Source of the DNA: Lama guanicoe | Lineage: Eukaryota | Reading direction: 5' to 3' | Assembly (NCBI GenBank): GCA_013239625.1 | Contig: MU053810.1 | Location: forward strand, 2,677,518-2,741,517 | Length of the DNA stretch: 64,000 nucleotides | In this document: positions 61,401 through 64,000 of the stretch, one piece after another | Position numbering within the stretch: position 1 is the stretch's first letter | Layout: the number at the start of each line of letters is the position of its first letter | Position numbers and translations under genes: made by a program | The notes under the pieces: model-generated | Told to the model about the DNA's origin: nothing | Databases searched by the model: none | Seen by the model: the letters and a program-made list of their open reading frames with translations, nothing else

Positions 61401-63794
61401 TCGTAGAGAACAAAATAACTCACCTAAACTTTGGAATATATTAGCCCCATGTTCAAGGTTTTTACTTTGTGTAATTTTTAATCTGAACATAAATATTTTG
61501 AGAAATGTTAAGTGTTGGAAACAAATATATTAGTGAAGTATATAATAAATGCCTCTCTTTCCATTCAGCTCTCCCTTTGTTCCCTAGGAGTAAATGAAGG
61601 GAAAAAAGTTGTTCTTTTCTTTACCTTTACCCTGTTCAAGCCCTTTGCTAATAATAAAAATTATATCCAAAATCTACCAGGATGTAATTTGAATATGTAT
61701 TGCTTAGTCTGCTGACCTCTTATTAAAAAGTATATGCATATATTTTAAACTAAGCTATTTTGGGCTTCAAGATTTTCAAGTCCCAGATTTTTTTTTTTCA
61801 ATCTTATATTACAAAAGATTAGACAAGTAGAAAATAAATAAAATGCCAAATCTGCTATTTTATTTTTAATAAATTTTTATTTGTATTTTTATGCTACTTT
61901 GGAAAATAAATGGTAAAACTAATTTTTAATGTAACTTCATTCACATTTTGACTGTGATTGGCAGAAACTCAGTTATCTCTTCTCTGTAATTAAGCTTATT
62001 TTGTACTGTTAAAATTGTATTTTTGAGTTTTTAATTTTATCTTTGAAGTACTAATCCATTTAGAAAACAAAGCTCTCATTTTCTTAAACTTCACAACACT
62101 GGAGAATCTTTCCCTGCCTCTGTTAAGATATAGCAGAGAATGTGTTATGTTTTCATATCTGAGGTAATAATCTATAAAAATTTTAAAAGTTGAAATTTAA
62201 AGATAGGGCCTTTAGGGTAATTAGGGTTTTTTTCATTGCAAGTAGTATGTGAATTGTATAAAATGTACCTTTAAAATATTGCATATACTGAATGTTTTAA
62301 AGTATTCGCCACATGATAGTTTTTAACACCAGCTGTAAAAACAAAAATGTGCAGAAAGAAGACAGATGGTGACAGATCAGAATGGATAATAAAGAACTTC
62401 TTTATAGTTGCTAATTAAGTGGCAAATTGCAGTTATCCTTAAATGATTGATGTAATGTAAATTGCTTCTTAATACGTGTTTTTTATATATAGGTCTGAAA
62501 ATGCTCACATAGGTACAAATAATTTTGTAAATAAGTAAGACTGATATTTTCTTGAAAGAGTTAAAATTTACAACTATTAATGTTTCTTTAATGAGCCATT
62601 TCAGAAGAGCTTAAAATTTAAAAATCAGAACCTCGAGCCTTTAGTTAAAAAGAAATCATTTCTTGCATGTGAGGAACATCTTTGTAAATGTTTAGGTGCA
62701 TTAATGTGTAATTACTTAATGAATATGCTCTGCAATAAAATTTAACAGTTAGCTTGAAATTTCCTTTCTACTGCAACAGAACACATTATTTTGAGCTTTT
62801 GTTTCTAAATGCATTAGTTAAAAATATGATAGTTTAGTTTTATGAAACACATTAGATGTGTGGTCAAAACTGTAAACACTTGTTACTTCATTTGGCAGGC
62901 ATGATGAGAGGGTTTGGTGAAGTGGGATGGTGGTCCGAACTGTTGTTTGATTACACCCATGTTATTTTTTACCAGGTATTAAGAGGTTCCTATATGGCAT
63001 AATGACACAGTGGGCTACTGGTAGTCTTTAACTGAAGAGTAGTGAGAGAATAAGCAGTTGTGAAAGATTCATGAACAGTGCCTCTCTTATGATTTTACTT
63101 TCATAAAGCAGTAGCAGAATGTTAGTGGCTGGACTCTTTATGCAGCTCCTTGGAAGTGTACTGTGAAAATATGAGGTGTATAGATTAGGTTCCGTGTGAT
63201 CATCATCATTCTGTCAAAACCCATGTTTTGCTGGAGTAGATATAGCTGAATGATAACATTCGCCAACATTATCTTGAAGTTAAAACTCAGAACTTATGAC
63301 TTAAGCAACATCATTTGGTTCTTACTGTATGTTAGGTGCATTTATAATGATCTTCAGTAATTGAAAAAGGAAATTCCCCAAGCCATTCAGAGTTTAGTCA
63401 TAGTTTTTTCAAAGTCTCCTTGAGACTTCAGTCCTTCCTCAAGCATTAACAGGGCATTGGGGGAGAACTGAGGAATGCTGCCATGGTAAAAGGTAGGTTA
63501 AACAAAGCATATCTTAATACATCTTGGTATCTGTGTAAGTAATAGCTTGTAAGTCAATTATTATTCAGTTTAATAACTATAAAATGACAGGCATTTTTAT
63601 AGATAAATTTATAGATAAATTTGATTTTAGTAGTAACCTTTTAAAAAATCTGGCTTTGTTACATACTGATGTCCTAAGTTTTACAGTTTTTTCATCCTTT
63701 CTTTTTGATGATTGTATCATTTTTACTGCTCATGGGAACTTTCGCATCCAATTTTTTCTTTTCCTACCCCATTTTTTTTTTTCCCCTACTACAG

Positions 63795-64000
63795 GCAGTT
63801 TTTCAGGAACTCCAGGCAGTGTAAAATCATCTTCGGGAAGTTCAGTACAGTCTCCCCAGGATTTCTTGAGCTTTACAGACTCAGATCTGCGTAATGACAG
63901 TTACACTCACTCCCAACAGTCATCATCAACCAAAGATGTACATAAAGGAGAGTCTGGAAGCCAGGAAGGGGGGGTAAATAGTTTTAGTTCCATAATTGGT
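63795..64000 (+). CDS. MLLT10: MLLT10 coding exon, running off the window end: (G)SFSGTPGSVKSSSGSSVQSPQDFLSFTDSDLRNDSY...
   Basis: Long pyrimidine tract plus ctacag acceptor; phase 1 matches the previous exon; open to the end of the window. Confidence 0.95.

Noticed and set aside
62960..62985. tttttaccag|GTATTA as a recursive splice site
   Set aside because: The intron is only ~3 kb and the donor match is weak; expected by chance
1..64000. CRISPR arrays, operons or other prokaryotic systems
   Set aside because: The sequence is mammalian intron/exon DNA; no regularly spaced repeat-spacer array was seen

Overview
AT-rich mammalian genomic DNA, most likely from a camelid (nine copies of the tRNA-derived Vic-1-type SINE). 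The window lies inside the + strand gene MLLT10 (AF10). Six complete coding exons and the start of a seventh are recoverable with GT-AG boundaries and a continuous frame. They cover the end of the PZP (PHD-Zn knuckle-PHD) domain, the lysine-rich segment and the AT-hook-like region. The introns are full of antisense L1, L2, MIR, MaLR LTRs and SINEs, and almost all ORF-track entries are spurious. The most notable hidden item is a semi-processed RPL10 retrocopy at 22.1-22.65 kb. It carries the intronic H/ACA snoRNA SNORA70, the retained intron 3' end, the spliced last exons, a poly(A) and a TSD, in sense to MLLT10 and next to an unexplained 71-bp hairpin. Also found: a half-L1-like chimeric retroelement with a second truncated copy at 17 kb, an unidentified GC-rich 3'UTR retrocopy whose target site was reused by a SINE, and several candidate cryptic or poison splice events. 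Family names come from recognition by eye, not from a database search, and repeat boundaries are approximate.
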